Source: Camelus dromedarius (lineage: Eukaryota). Taken from it: DNA of 64,000 bases. Where the stretch lies: assembly GCF_036321535.1 (NCBI RefSeq), contig NC_087437.1, positions 58,840,001-58,904,000 of the forward strand, in the 5' to 3' direction. The notes under the pieces were generated by a model. The model was not told where the DNA came from, did no database searches, and saw nothing but the letters and a program-made list of their open reading frames with translations. Below, in pieces: positions 23,449 through 35,068 of the stretch (position 1 is its first letter; every line of letters starts with the position of its first letter). Both the position numbers and the translations under genes were made by a program.

Positions 23449-24836
23449 CCCTTGAAGCCGGTCCGCCTACCCATGGGAGAGAAATCTAGCCCAGTTAGCC
23501 AGGGAGTTAAATCAGTGAACAGAAGCCTCTCTGATCCCACAGTACTATCTTTTCCTCTCTCTGAAATAGCTTCATAAACTCCAGGCGAGAGTTCAGCTCT
23601 AGAACAAAACCTTGATGAGTTCAAAGCCAAAGGATTATGCAGAGTCCTGCTTAACATATTTTGGCCTTGTATTTCGTCTTCAGCGTTCAAAGCACTGCAC
23701 CATCATTTCTAATCCTCATGAGTTTCTTGTAAGGCAAGTGGGTGGCAAGGATCATTTGTTAAAATGTTGAAACCATGGCTCAAACAGGGCCGAAGTCTGG
23801 CAAATGAAATATAATCAGCAAGTTATAAGGTTAAAAAAAGAGAAAGAAATCAAACATTGAAATCTTCACTTTGGGTATGTTTTCTGCATACCCTAAATAC
23901 CATCGGATGCTTTGTACAGTCGGGGTATATCACTTAATAGCCATATTTTCACCAGATCTGTGACAACTACTTTTAGAAAGGCAAAGTTTTAAAGTGCAAT
24001 TAAATATCATTGGCTACCTTCCTAATATATCTTTTTTTATCTTCTCAAAGAGATGACAGAGTGAAATAGCTTGAAGATGAAAGAGTGTGATTTTCCATTT
24101 AAGAAGCAGTCTGCTGTTTCTGTTGGCCAAGAGATTGTTGATACACATCTAAAGATAAATAGTTAATAAAGGTGTTTGGATTGCAACATCTGTTGCCATT
24201 CTTGGGAGCTGGGACTTAATTGCAGACTGCAGCATCAAATCTTCAGAGGGTTTGTAAGACAGAGATGGATTGGGGTCACCAGGTTACCCAGAAGTAAAAT
24301 CCCAATCCTTATCTTTAAAATGCAGTGTCCAATTGATTCTCTCTGGATCATTACACACAGCACATGGAGGTAAAGCCAGGAGAGGAGTGGTCAAACATTT
24401 TCCTTTTCAAGATACTTTCAAAATAAACCAAACTGGTACTTCGATTTTAGTGAAGAGTCCCGAAGCGAAGGGCCAGCTAAGGCTTATAAATGGAAGCAGC
24501 AACGTTATGTTAATGAACACACCTCCTGCTTTTACATCCAATGAAGAGGAGCAGCAAAGAGAGGGCCCTGTCTGCTTTCCACCTTAGAGCCCAACCGCAG
24601 ATGCCAAATCCGCCCAGCCTGCAGTAGTAGGGTCAAACCTCAACCTGTAAATCACAGAGTCCGTCAGCAAGCTGTAAAGTCAGAATAAGTGAGGTGCTTC
24701 TGTGACTAGGAAGTGAACAGCACTGATAGCCAGGGGCCACTCTTTAACTGGGTCAGGAGAACTCAGTTCTGGTCAGGCAGTACCACCAGGTCCCCATGTG
24801 ACTGAACTGGCCATCTTTCTTCCTGGGAGGCCATGA

Positions 24837-24930
24837 TTTTTTCCCCCTTAACAGAGGCACTGGGGATTGAACCCAGGACCTTGTGTTAGCCAAGCACGCA
24901 GTCTACCACTGAGCTATACCCTTGGCACCC
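24837..24930 (-). mobile_element. tRNA-Ala-derived SINE, short form, inside a decayed MIR
   Basis: Reverse complement reads GGGTGCCAAGGGTATAGCTCAGTGGTAGACTGCGTGCTTGGCTAACACAAGGTCCTGGGTTCAATCCCCAGTGCCTCTGTTAAGGGGGAAAAAA. Confidence 0.88.
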
Positions 24931-26025
24931 CTCCATGGCTCCATCTTTAAAATAATGGAGTGGACTAAATAATTTCCAACCTTCTTTTCAGAATCTGAAC
25001 TCGACAGTCAATTATCTTTATTTTAATTGGTATCCATATTCTGGGTCTTACCTGAGTAGCTTACTTGGGGCTATGGTCCCTAAATTTGAGAACCCATCTC
25101 CCCAAAACAGACCGTCAACACAGGAGGCCTAAGCACTGGTCACAGGTACTATGGACCAAATGACCAAGGGATGTGATTCTCCAGCTCCGAATCTCATACT
25201 GACGGTCAGTAGCTTCTAAAGGAAACCAATAAACATTATCTCCAGGGTCTCTCGTATAGATTTTAGAAAATCATAGAGAGACGGGGGCATCAACAGAAGA
25301 CAAGATGCTACTTTATCCATGAGAGCTTTAGGAGATGAAGGTATAGCTTCCTAGAGAACATTAATTTCATTCCATTGCCCTTTCTGACAGATTATGAACA
25401 AAAAGTCAAATGTGGAAGATAACTCCTAGGATCTGGAAATGCAAGGAGGCCTGTTCCCTGAAGCTGTTCAATTCTAGTAGTTGAAGGAACCAACAGTATC
25501 CAGGGCAGGGTCTTCTCAGGAAAGAAGGTGTGAGAAAATACTAGGGTAAGTTCAGTGCCGTATTTTATATGCTCAGAACATTTGGGGTGGGGGGGGGTGG
25601 CTCTTTGCCTCCCCTTTTTGGCATATAAAAGGCAGCACTTATGAACTGGGATTCCTCAGGCCAAAAAACATCAAAAAGGTCTTCCCTGAAAAAACCCTGC
25701 CAGCCTTGAGATACCACTAATTTCCCTTTCTTATTAGAACTTAACTATTTTAAATTCATTTATATTTCCATTTAGACCGATCAAATCAGAAACTTAGTAT
25801 CTTGTTACAAGGATCACAAAATGCATATTTGTGGTAGCGTCATTAAGTGTCGAGGATTCTTCCACTTTCTTAAATTATTGGTATTTAAAAATTTGGAAAA
25901 TGCACATTTGGAATTGTTGTATCATTTTATCATTTGCCCAGTGCTTCTCCCAGCCTTCACAGACCACTTGGAAAGAGAAGAAACATGAACTCTATTCATA
26001 AGACAGCTCTTTGCTCCCTTTAACC

Positions 26026-26073
26026 ACACATACAGACACACAGACACACACACACACAGAGACACACACACAT
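26026..26073. repeat. Imperfect (CA)n microsatellite
   Basis: Direct reading of the sequence. Confidence 0.85.
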
Positions 26074-27229
26074 AAACCCCTATTCAGACTCCTCCAGAAC
26101 CATTCACATTTCTCTGGTCTACTCTGATCACCTCGTGAGTTTTGTTGCCTTAATTAGCTCCTGCACTTTTTCAGAGGTTTAGGAGGGCTAAAGATTGCTT
26201 GTTTCCATTGAAAGGCTAGATTGCTTTCTGCTGCCTGGTAATCCAGTAATATATTTATGCTGAATTGCATTGTAGCCCAAGAAAGAGGAGGCTCATTCCG
26301 AGGGGACGGCTTGACTTTAGCTCCCCTTTTTCCTTTCTTCCCAGCCAGGGTGCTCCGGGCTGGCCCAGAACTCAGTTCAGGATATTGTGCCAGGCCGCCG
26401 GAGAATGGACTCCTTAGTGCTTGCACTAATCCTCCTCTTTACTAAATAAGCAAGTCAAGCTTTGGGGGTAGGAGTAGGAGGAAAATTATATAATTTGAGT
26501 TAATTGGTTTGGGGCTACCCAAAGGCCCAGCTGTCTTGAGGGAAATTGTTTGGTCTTCAAGACCCAATTAGAGACATTCAACTAATGTAAAATAGAATTT
26601 ATTCTCTTTTTCAAGTCATTGTCAAGAAACTCAGCCTCCATACCACATCAAAAAAAAAAAAAAAATACTCCTTAATCACAGCCTCCCCCAGTGCATCCTG
26701 AAAATGTCTGGAAATAAGTCTACCTAAAAGTATGGGAGATATAAAGACATGCTAATTAACTAGTTTCTTTCACAAGTTCAAGAATGCAACCTTTAGTGAT
26801 GAGACAGGAACTTCTTTCAACAACCCTTCAGATACTATAAAACATGCTTTAGCTAATCAAATTGTTTGAACAAATAGCCCGATCTCTATCTTTTTTTCCT
26901 CAATAGGGATTGGTTGGAAAAGTTTAAGAAACTCATGTTTGGCCTCCCTAGAGCTGAGCAAAACCACATGTGACTCCCCTTTGAACGACCCACCTGCAAG
27001 GCACAGCCACAGTGACATTAACTTGCAAGCAACAGCAGTTTGACTTCTCAGGTCTAAAGTGATTGAGATGTGTTGGCTTTTGATTCCAGCAGCTCAAGCA
27101 AATGATGCTGAAAGCAAAGCACCCTTTTTATAAGGTCCGTGGGACCCAGACAGAAATTAGAAACAAGACTTGTAAGTTTAGAGGTGGCACCTGTGTTTCC
27201 AGAGTTGCTGCTCCTGATACTCTAGTTGT

Positions 27230-27870
27230 TCAGTTAGGTTATAATCTCAGGACAGCACCATGTGCACAGCCCAGGAGAGGAAATGAAATGGAGACCAAGA
27301 CCTCATCCTCAAAGAGCTTCCAGGCACAGGGGTGGGAAAGAATGAGGGAGTTACAGAAGCACTTGTAAAAGTTGAGGAAAACAAAGGAGGGGTATGGATG
27401 GACATCTAGAGGATGAAAGGATGAAGGGACCTCGTCTAGTCAGAGATTTTGTAAACAAGATGATGTTCAAGATGTATCTTGAAAGCTCAAGATGGTTCTT
27501 AAAAGCTCTACGTGATCCCAGCAGGCGGAGGAACTGGAGCTTTCCAGGCTCCTCCTGAACATTGTTTTGTTGGGGGACGTTGTCCCAAACAGAGGGAACA
27601 ATGTAAGGAAGGGGATGAAGGCAGAGAAGTTTGAGGGGAAGGTCTGGAAAACACTGAGCAATTCACTGGAGATGCAACCACAGGCACTTACTGGGGGCAA
27701 ATGCAGGTTGCGTTTGGAGGGCTAGGTCTGAGGTCCTGACTACCAAGGTGAGAAATTTGCCTTTGATTTCAAAAGTAATGGGAGCTGTCTAAGGATCTGA
27801 GCTGAGGAATGATGACATCAAACGGTGCTTTCACCCGGGAGGCCTTGAGATCAGTGGGCTGTGTGGGAGA
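27230..27870 (-). mobile_element. L2 LINE fragment
   Basis: GTCCCAAACAGAGGGAACAATGTAAGGAAGG...GTAATGGGAGCTGTCTAAGGATCTGAGCTGAGGAATGATGACATCA. Confidence 0.7.
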
Positions 27871-29109
27871 GGCCATGTGGGCATAAATGAGAATGCAGTT
27901 CCAGCCCTGAAGACCAAACCCATAACGTGGTGAGCATGCGCCTGGTACCACCAGTGAAAGGAGCCTCTCCAGGAGGAAGCCAAGGCATGCTGTCTTCTAC
28001 AGCCACCCAGAGAATGGGTTCTGAGATCAACAAGACACTTTATAGAGAAGGGGAATTTGTTAAGCAAGATAGGATTGAGAAATAGGATTGGGCGTGGGAC
28101 ATCATTGAATGTAACAGACACTGATCCGTGCCTCAGGAAGGAAGTAATTCACTCTCCCATGGCCCTCAGAGCTCCCCCATAAAGGGCCAATTTCTAAATA
28201 AGAGCTTCCCCAAGGGCAGCCCTGTTCTCCAGGAGCTTGGAGCTGCTAAGCTGTGGCATGGATGAGGGAGTACCCAGACCATGACATGTGCCCATGGGAG
28301 TAGGGTCCCTAGAGAGAGACAGGCAAACCATGTGCAGGCTGTACACAGCCAACCCAGCAGGGGCAGTGCACGGGGACAACAGTAGGCACACAGGGGTACC
28401 CCCAGAGCCAGAAGATGTCATGGGCCAGAAGTAGGCCAGGAGCAAGCGAAATCAAGGGCCTGAACTTTTATAAAGAAATAAGGGTGCAAACTCAGCAGGA
28501 AGCCACAGAGGAGAGAAAGGACAGAGTATTGGACTGTGGCATTGTTTGTAAGGCAGGAGGAGGGCTCTGGCCTAGATTGCCCCGCCCAGACCCCGGTGTG
28601 GGTGTCCAGCAGACCCACCCAGGAGTCTTCTCTGCTGCCCGCTCTCAGCATTATTAACATACAGCCCACGTCGGGCTGAGCGCAATTGGGGGTCCTTTGA
28701 GTGAGGGGCCACTTCAGCCCCTCTGTCACCTCACCTTAGCACAAACATTTCCCTGCAGTCAGAGACCCTCTGTGTGCACTTGGGTCATTTGATCCTTGCT
28801 CGAGTCCTGAGGGAGGGAAACACAGAGATGGAGGAAGATGAAGCAGCTGGCTGAGGTGACGTGTGGCACGAGGGAGACCCGCCTCTCAGAGTCGTGTCTC
28901 CTGACTCGCAGCGGCGGCTTTTCCCAGTGGCCCTTCAGGAGTGCAGCCTCTTTCTCACATTGGCACATGTACGTTGCCTGTCACAGCCGGCGCCCAGAAG
29001 GACACTGTGAGGCTGAAAGGAATGACATCAGACACCATCCACCCACATCTGCAGTCTGAGTCTGACCCTCACCTCGAGGAGGGACAGCGGAAGGGGCCCT
29101 GGAAAAGCA

Positions 29110-29310
29110 GACCAAAATAATTATAGAATCTAGCCCTTGCTTCAGGCTGTCTTGGCCCAGGCTTTCCTCTGGGTGCGTTTAGCCCTTACAGCAGCCCTGG
29201 GAGCAGGCATTGGCACTGCTCCCATTTCACAGATAAGGAGCAGGGAGGACAGGAAGCTTCAGCAGCAGCAGAGCCGGAATTCTGTTCCAGAGGCTTCTCA
29301 CCATCATGCA
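29110..29310 (-). mobile_element. MIR SINE fragment
   Basis: CCTTACAGCAGCCCTGGGAGCAGGCATT...CCCATTTCACAGATAAGGA. Confidence 0.65.
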
Positions 29311-29539
29311 GCCCCGGAACCCCCTACACTGACCCTCCGACGAGCAGTTTCTTCCTGTCCCAAGAAGCCACTCTCTCCTGAGGGTCTCTTGAAAAGCCCG
29401 CCGTGCGTCTCAGGCTCTGCCTCTGAGAAGCGAGGGGATTGAACTCGGGCTCTGTGACAGCCTCTGATTCTCCGGCAGATTCCTGCTGACCTCCTTCAGT
29501 AGACCGCCCACTGGAAACCCCCCACCCCACCTATATGTT

Positions 29540-30020
29540 AATTTATGCCCTTTTTAGTATTAAATTCAGAAACAGCTCCAGGATCTAAAAATCCTAAAGA
29601 AACCAAGTGGGAGGCCCACCTATAACTCCCTCTTCCTCCTGAGAAAGAGATGGAGTGCTGTGCCCAGATGTAACCTGCTGGGATTAATCGGTCATTAGGC
29701 CTGTGGGGAGGGGGGGTCCGCCTCTCTGGGGTCCTAATCGGAGCCCCTGCGCCCCCCCCATGCCTACCCCCCACGCCTCTCATTAACTCCTCACAGGTGC
29801 ACTGGCCCTGCAGTAATTGGGCTCCTGTCGGCCAGGCCCACGGGGGCCCACAGCTGGAGTGCCCAGGCCAGCCTCTGCATTTCTCCCTTTTCTTCCCCCC
29901 TTTCTTGTTTATCTATTTACCAGGTCAAACAATCGGGAAGACTCGATTTTAAACAGCCTTTGTTGCTTAGCTCCTCCAGCCCCTCTGAGTCAAAGAAGAG
30001 GAATTCAAAGCAAGGCCATG
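29540..30020. promoter_or_regulatory. Candidate enhancer with homeodomain, FOX and SOX motifs
   Basis: GGATTA (29681-29686), several TAAT cores, TGTTTAT (29906-29912), TATTTAC (29914-29920), AGGTCA (29922-29927), AACAAT (29928-29933), CTTTGTT (29958-29964); function is inferred only. Confidence 0.35.
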
Positions 30021-30314
30021 GGGTGTCCATCCTCCGGGAAGTCACACAAGGACCCCGGGGTGGGGATGGCAGATAGCACCGTGTGGCAGCCCTGGGAGGG
30101 CGAGTACCCACCCTGCAGCTGCCAAGATTTGACCGGGGGCAGCCCGGGGCGAGCAGGCCAGGTAGGGCACAGCTGCTCTTAGGTAGGAGGTGATTTTATT
30201 AGGTCTGCCTCTCACACCTCCGTCTGGTTCATACACGCCCACTGCAGTGGAGCAAAGGTTGGAGGTGATATGGAATCCTTAAGACCAAAAAAAAACTCCG
30301 AGCCAAGCTTGTAC

Positions 30315-30690
30315 ATTCATTCTTTCACCAAAATGTATTAAGTGTCAGGTGCTGTTTGAGGTTCTGGGGCGAAAAAAAAAAAACAGACAGGAATCTCTGC
30401 CTTTATGGAACTTACATATTAGTAGGCAACTTAGACAAAAAATAATCACATACTCACAGGCAGTGATAGGTGTTATGGAAGGAAATAAAACAAGGTAAAA
30501 GAGAGAAAGGGAAGAGAGGTAGAGAGGGTCTGTCTGGGAGGGGACATTTGGATAAAGGAAGGATGTGAAGTCATGGGAGTACCCGGGGTAGACGGTTCCA
30601 GGCGGTGGGAACAGCAGGTACAAATCTCTGAGGCAGGAGTGTGCCGGAGGGCCAGCACGGAGTCTGCTGTTACTGGCTGGAGTGAGGATT
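30315..30690 (-). mobile_element. L2 (L2a-like) 3' region
   Basis: CATTCATTC...TCTCTGCCTTTATGGAACTTACAT...TTCCAGGCGGTGGGAACAGCAGGTACAAATCTCTGAGGCAGGAGTGTG. Confidence 0.85.
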
Positions 30691-30867
30691 AAGGAGATGC
30701 CAACCCCAGACCTTCTGGTCCTGGAGCTGTCGCTAAGCAGAGGTGGGGGCAAAGCATCCAGTATTGTCAACCTGAGAGGCTGTGGTTGCTGAAATCTTGG
30801 AGCTCCTTGAATAAAGTGCATTTTGTTTATAAAGGAGCAAACGACCATTTATTCAGCTATGTATTTA

Positions 30868-30930
30868 GTGAACCCAGGACCTCATTCACACTAAGGACGC
30901 ACTCTACTCCTGAGCTAGTACCCTTCTCCT
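30868..30930 (-). mobile_element. Truncated tRNA-derived SINE head
   Basis: TGAACCCAGGACCTCATTCACACTAAGGACGCACTCTACTCCTGAGCTAGTACCCTTCTCC is the antisense SINE head; tail absent. Confidence 0.75.
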
Positions 30931-31189
30931 TAGCCCCGGGAGTCTCTGGAAAGTAACTCATGATGTTCAGACCACAGTTGCCGTCCACAGGGACGTACCG
31001 CACAGCCTGGACTGTGAAACACCAGCTCCAGGTGTGCTCCCAGCTGCCTGCATAACGGGACGGCGGGTGTCACTGGGATGGGCACAGGAGGGCAACTGAA
31101 GTTTCCTGTTGATGCAGATCAATAAGAGCGATAATCATCTGCCCCAAGCTCTTGCCCAGGTCAGCACGAAGCAACAAGGCAGTGAGTCC

Positions 31190-31410
31190 AGGATCATCAA
31201 CTCTGCAGGCAGGTAGCCGTTTGCCAGCTGTGTGACCTCCAGGAAGTCACTTAACCTCTCCGCCCTCAGTTTCTTCATCTAAAGTGAGACTAATAAACAC
31301 ATCAATCCCGTAAGATTATCATGAAGATTAAGTAAATTAATGTATGTAAAGTGCTCAGAACAGTACCTGAAATAAAGTAAATATTCGAAAAGTGGTAGCT
31401 ATTGTTCTTA
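31190..31410 (+). mobile_element. MIR SINE
   Basis: AGCTGTGTGACCTCCAGGAAGTCACTTAACCTCTCCGCCCTCAGTTTCTTCATCT...TGTAAAGTGCTCAGAACAGTACCTG. Confidence 0.9.
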
Positions 31411-31559
31411 GTAATAATTAATATTAGCAACAACTCTTGTTGGAGGAAACGCATTTCTGTTGGCTCTTCTGTTGGGGCAGATGGGAAGGAGCTGGGGAGG
31501 AGGTGGGCTGGATAAGAGGGCGGGGTGATGGGGAAGAGTACCAGTTGGGAGCGTGGGAA

Positions 31560-31670
31560 TATGGTTTCCAGCCCTGCCTCCGTCACAGTTTAATTCTGTG
31601 ACCAGGGGCAAAATCTTTCCTCCTCTCTGGACTTCAGTGTCTTCATCTGTAAAATGAGGTCACTGGATTA
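31560..31670 (+). mobile_element. MIR core fragment
   Basis: CTGTGACCAGGGGCAAAATC...CTCTCTGGACTTCAGTGTCTTCATCTGTAAAATGAGG. Confidence 0.75.
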
Positions 31671-31677
31671 GTTGACA

Positions 31678-31865
31678 CCTTCCTAAACTGGGCAAGGCAT
31701 CAAAACCTTTGGAGGAATCTTTTAAAAATAAAAAAATCTCAGTTCCCAGGTCCCACTTCTGGTTCCTGAATCCAGCTCTGAGATTGTGGAGCCCAGAAGT
31801 GTGGTTTGTTTTCAGGCCTTCTGGGTGAAGCTGATGCATCCGGTTAGTGTATAGGAGCCATTGCA
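31678..31865. mobile_element. MER5-like hAT MITE
   Basis: CTTCCTAAACTGG...GCATCAAAACC...TTCCCAGGTCCCAC...GGGTGAAGCTGATGCA...GGAGCCATTG. Confidence 0.6.
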
Positions 31866-31884
31866 CTCAACTAAAAGCCTCAAT

Positions 31885-32275
31885 CAACCTCAGGGCCTTT
31901 GCACTTAGTGTTCCCTCTGCCTGGAAATCTCTTCCCCTAAATGTGTCTTTGTCTTGTCCTCTCATTCATGTCACTGCATAAATGTCACCTCTCATAGAAA
32001 ATCTTCCTATTTACCCTGTGTAACACGGTTTTCTTCCAAACACTGTCCAGCCTCCTAACATGATTCTTTTCCCCACAGCACGTCTCGCTCTGGGACTTGA
32101 TTGGTCATTCCTCTTCCTCACCAGAATGTAAACTCCGTTAGGGGAGGGACTGGGTTTGTCCACCACTACATCCCAGCACCTCTGGAATGTAACTGACATT
32201 CAATTATGCCTGGTACATAACTGGCATTCAGTAACTCAGTTTTTAATTGATAAATGAATGGATTGAATGGATGAA
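31885..32275 (+). mobile_element. L2 LINE 3' end
   Basis: CCTCAGGGCCTTTGCACTTAGTGTTCCCTCTGCCTGGAA...ACCAGAATGTAAACTCC...TGCCTGGTACATAA...AATGAATGG. Confidence 0.88.
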
Positions 32276-33149
32276 CAAGTGTATCAACTTTGCCTTTACC
32301 TGCAGGTCAGAACATGGAGCGGGCAAAGGGCACTGACAAGAAGAATGCAGTTAGCCTCTCTCAGCACTCAGGGGCACAGAGCAACTAAGGGTCCTTTCCT
32401 GTGCTCACCCTTCGTGGGCCCCTGAAGTTCCCGGGACTGTGGGACAGACAGTTCCCCCAGGGACAGGCTTGTAAACCTAGCTGACTTCCTCAGTGCTGTG
32501 CTTTGGGGTTTCACTGTGCTTACATTTTCAAGGTGCTTGCTTTTAGGGAGGATGATGATAAACTTTGCGGCCTTTGCTTTATGGAGGGGTGGGAAGTGTT
32601 CCCAATCTCCAGGATAGAACAGTATATCCCAACAGACATGATGTCATTTGGTTTTAAAAAGGTGTTTGAGCTGGAAAATGTTTCCAAAAGTATGTTGGGG
32701 GGGTTCATAAATGACTAATAAAATTTATTTATGTGGGTTATTATCTAAAAAATATACAGTAATATATGAAATACGAGTGAGGGTAAGACTTTATAGGCTA
32801 GCATTATACTTCCAGATTTCTGGGTCTTTAAAAAATAAATATGCTGATCTAAGCCCATCAGCTTTAAAGCAAAAAGTCCCTGTTCCTATAACACCTCATT
32901 GTTTGCATATTTAGTATGTATATATAATCCAAAAAGTATATAATCCAAACACATAGTTTCCTGGAGAGGTTTGTATTATCTGCTTGATTGCTGGCTCTAT
33001 CAAAAATGCTCAGCTTATATACCGTATCAGCAGCCTTGACGTTAACTGATTTGCCAAACCTAAAAGCTCTCTTTTTCTCTTCTGAATACTATTTTCCAAA
33101 AAACTGGGGGAAAATAGATCAGAGGTCAGGTAATGCATGAACCTAAAGA

Positions 33150-33410
33150 ACACGTATTTCCAATATTAATGACTATTCGGTGAAGGAGTTCTACTAATTA
33201 ATTAAGTTTGGGGAACACTGAAGTAATGACAACTTTTCAACAGGACTTGTCAGAGTCTTAAATATGTTAATATGTATGTGACTCTCCTGGAAGAAAAAAT
33301 CAGACATAACATTTCTCCCAAAGTATTTGATCTGAGAATCCTTTATTTACAGATTACCACTTAACTGCTGATGGAGCCAGCATTCCTCAGAGCAGTTTGA
33401 GAAATGCTGG
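33150..33410. mobile_element. hAT-Charlie-type DNA transposon fragment
   Basis: AAGTTTGGGGAACACTG...CAGGACTTGTCAGAGTCTTAAATATGTTAAT...GTTTGAGAAATGCTG; subfamily not assigned. Confidence 0.55.
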
Positions 33411-33582
33411 CCGACAAAGGACTACTAAGGACTGGCTTGGATTTTCAGAAACTATGATGTTTGTGTTTTGAGGATGGTGGAAGACAAGTGTTATTAGAAT
33501 CACCCAGTGATTTTTCTGAACTCATCGGTGATTTTTGCCTTTTGCTCAGCACATGAGATGAAGAAGATGGCATAGGTAGGTT

Positions 33583-33967
33583 TGTTTTTGTTTTTGTTTT
33601 AGATTAAAACAATTTTTTTTTATTGAAGTACAGTCAATTACAATGCGTCAATCTCTGGTGTACAGCACGATGTCCCAGTCATGTATATACATACATATAT
33701 TTGTTTTCATATTTTTTTCCATTAAAAGTTATTATGAAATATTGAACCTAGTTCCCTATACTATACAAAATAAACTTTTTTAAAATCTATTTTTATATAT
33801 AGTGGCTAACATTTGTAAATCTCAAACTCCCAAATTTATCCCCTCCCACCCCCTTTTCCCAGTAACCATAAGATTGCTTACTATGTCTGCAAGTCTGTTT
33901 CTGTTTTGTAGATGAGTTCATAGTGTCCTTTTTTTTCTTTTTTTTTTTTTTCTTCTTTTTTTAGATT
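33583..33967 (-). mobile_element. 5'-truncated young L1 3'UTR
   Basis: Antisense homolog of the 1680-2020 3'UTR; perfect 12-bp TSD CATAGGTAGGTT at 33571-33582 and 33968-33979. Confidence 0.92.
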
Positions 33968-34014
33968 CATAGGTAGGTTCTTGATTTGGAGGATGGTTTG
34001 ACAAATATGTATAT

Positions 34015-34700
34015 GGATGAAATTCCATTTTTGGCCATAATAGAGTAAACAGGTATTGGAGATGCCTTCCTACCATAGGTAATCATTAAATAGGACAAAA
34101 TGTGTGAAGTAGCTCGTTTTAGGCATTGGGCAATAGACAACAGGACTGTAATCCCTGAGAGAAAAGAAACACATGAAGTGAGCCCTACATACATCCTGGC
34201 TTTCTGTGTGGGAACAGTTACCAGATCATAGTGCAGGGAGGTGGGGCACAAGAAGAGTAAGGTGAACACGCTCAGTTGAGGAAGCAGAAACCAGGGATGC
34301 TGAAGCAGCTGGAATTTGTAGGGCAGGGTACCAGCAAAGAGGTAGCTGTGCAGGAAGGCTGCCAGAAGTGTATATTGGGGATGCCCTCTGGCTTCTTGGC
34401 TGAGATCAGGGCTATAAGTGCACAGGACAAAACTCCATTAGACCTATCAGAGAACTCATTAGATGGGGATAAAATCTGAATGGAGACTCCAGAGGTCCTC
34501 AATGCTGAAAGACTTTGGAGTTCCAGCCAAGCAGAGTGAAGAGATATCTTGGTGAGCACCTCACCATTCATGTGAGACTCCAGAAATTCTACACCTTCAG
34601 AGAAAGGACCATGCCATAGAATAGGGTCCATACTCAGAACAAAACTGAAATAGACCCACCCTACCACATCCTTAAAACAAGCCTTCACAAGATTGAGATT
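34015..34700 (+). mobile_element. Old L1M 5' region (5'UTR-like)
   Basis: TTCCATTTTTGGCCATAATAGAG...CAGGACTGTAATCCCTGAGAGAAAAGAAACACATGAAGTGAGCCCTAC resembles recalled old L1M 5' ends. Confidence 0.6.
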
Positions 34701-34709
34701 TCATTTTTA

Positions 34710-35068
34710 TATGTGTTGATAGGTAAAGATTTATTTTAAGGAATTGGCTCTTGGCTCATGCAGTTGTGGGGTATAGCAAGTGCAAAGCTGTGTAAGGCAG
34801 GCCAGCAGGCTGGAAACTCTGGCAGGAATTGATGCTGCAGTCCTGAAACAATTTCTTTTCTGGGAAACTGGTTTACTCTTAAGGCCTTCAACTGATTGGA
34901 TAAGGCCCACCCATATGATCAAGGGTAATCTCCTTTACTTAAAGTCAACTGATTGCAGATGTTAACCACATCCACAAAATACCTTCACAGCAATGCCTAG
35001 ATTAGTGTTTGATTGAATAACTGGGTACTATAGTCTAGCCGAGTTGACACATAAAACTAACCATCACA
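34710..35068 (-). mobile_element. ERVL LTR (MLT2D-like), lacking one end
   Basis: GATTTATTTTAAGGAATTGGCTC...AGGCCTTCAACTGATTGGATAAGGCCCACCC...GAGTTGACACATAAAACTAACCATCACA. Confidence 0.88.

Noticed and set aside
25240..25560. Possible CR1/L3 fragment
   Set aside because: Only a faint resemblance (TAGTTGAAGGAAC) with no supporting peptide motif
29924..30076. Coding exon after the strong splice-acceptor-like site at 29923
   Set aside because: The ~50-codon open frame (VKQSGRLDFKQPLLLSSSSPSESKKRNSK...) matches nothing I recognise and I see no convincing donor or partner exons
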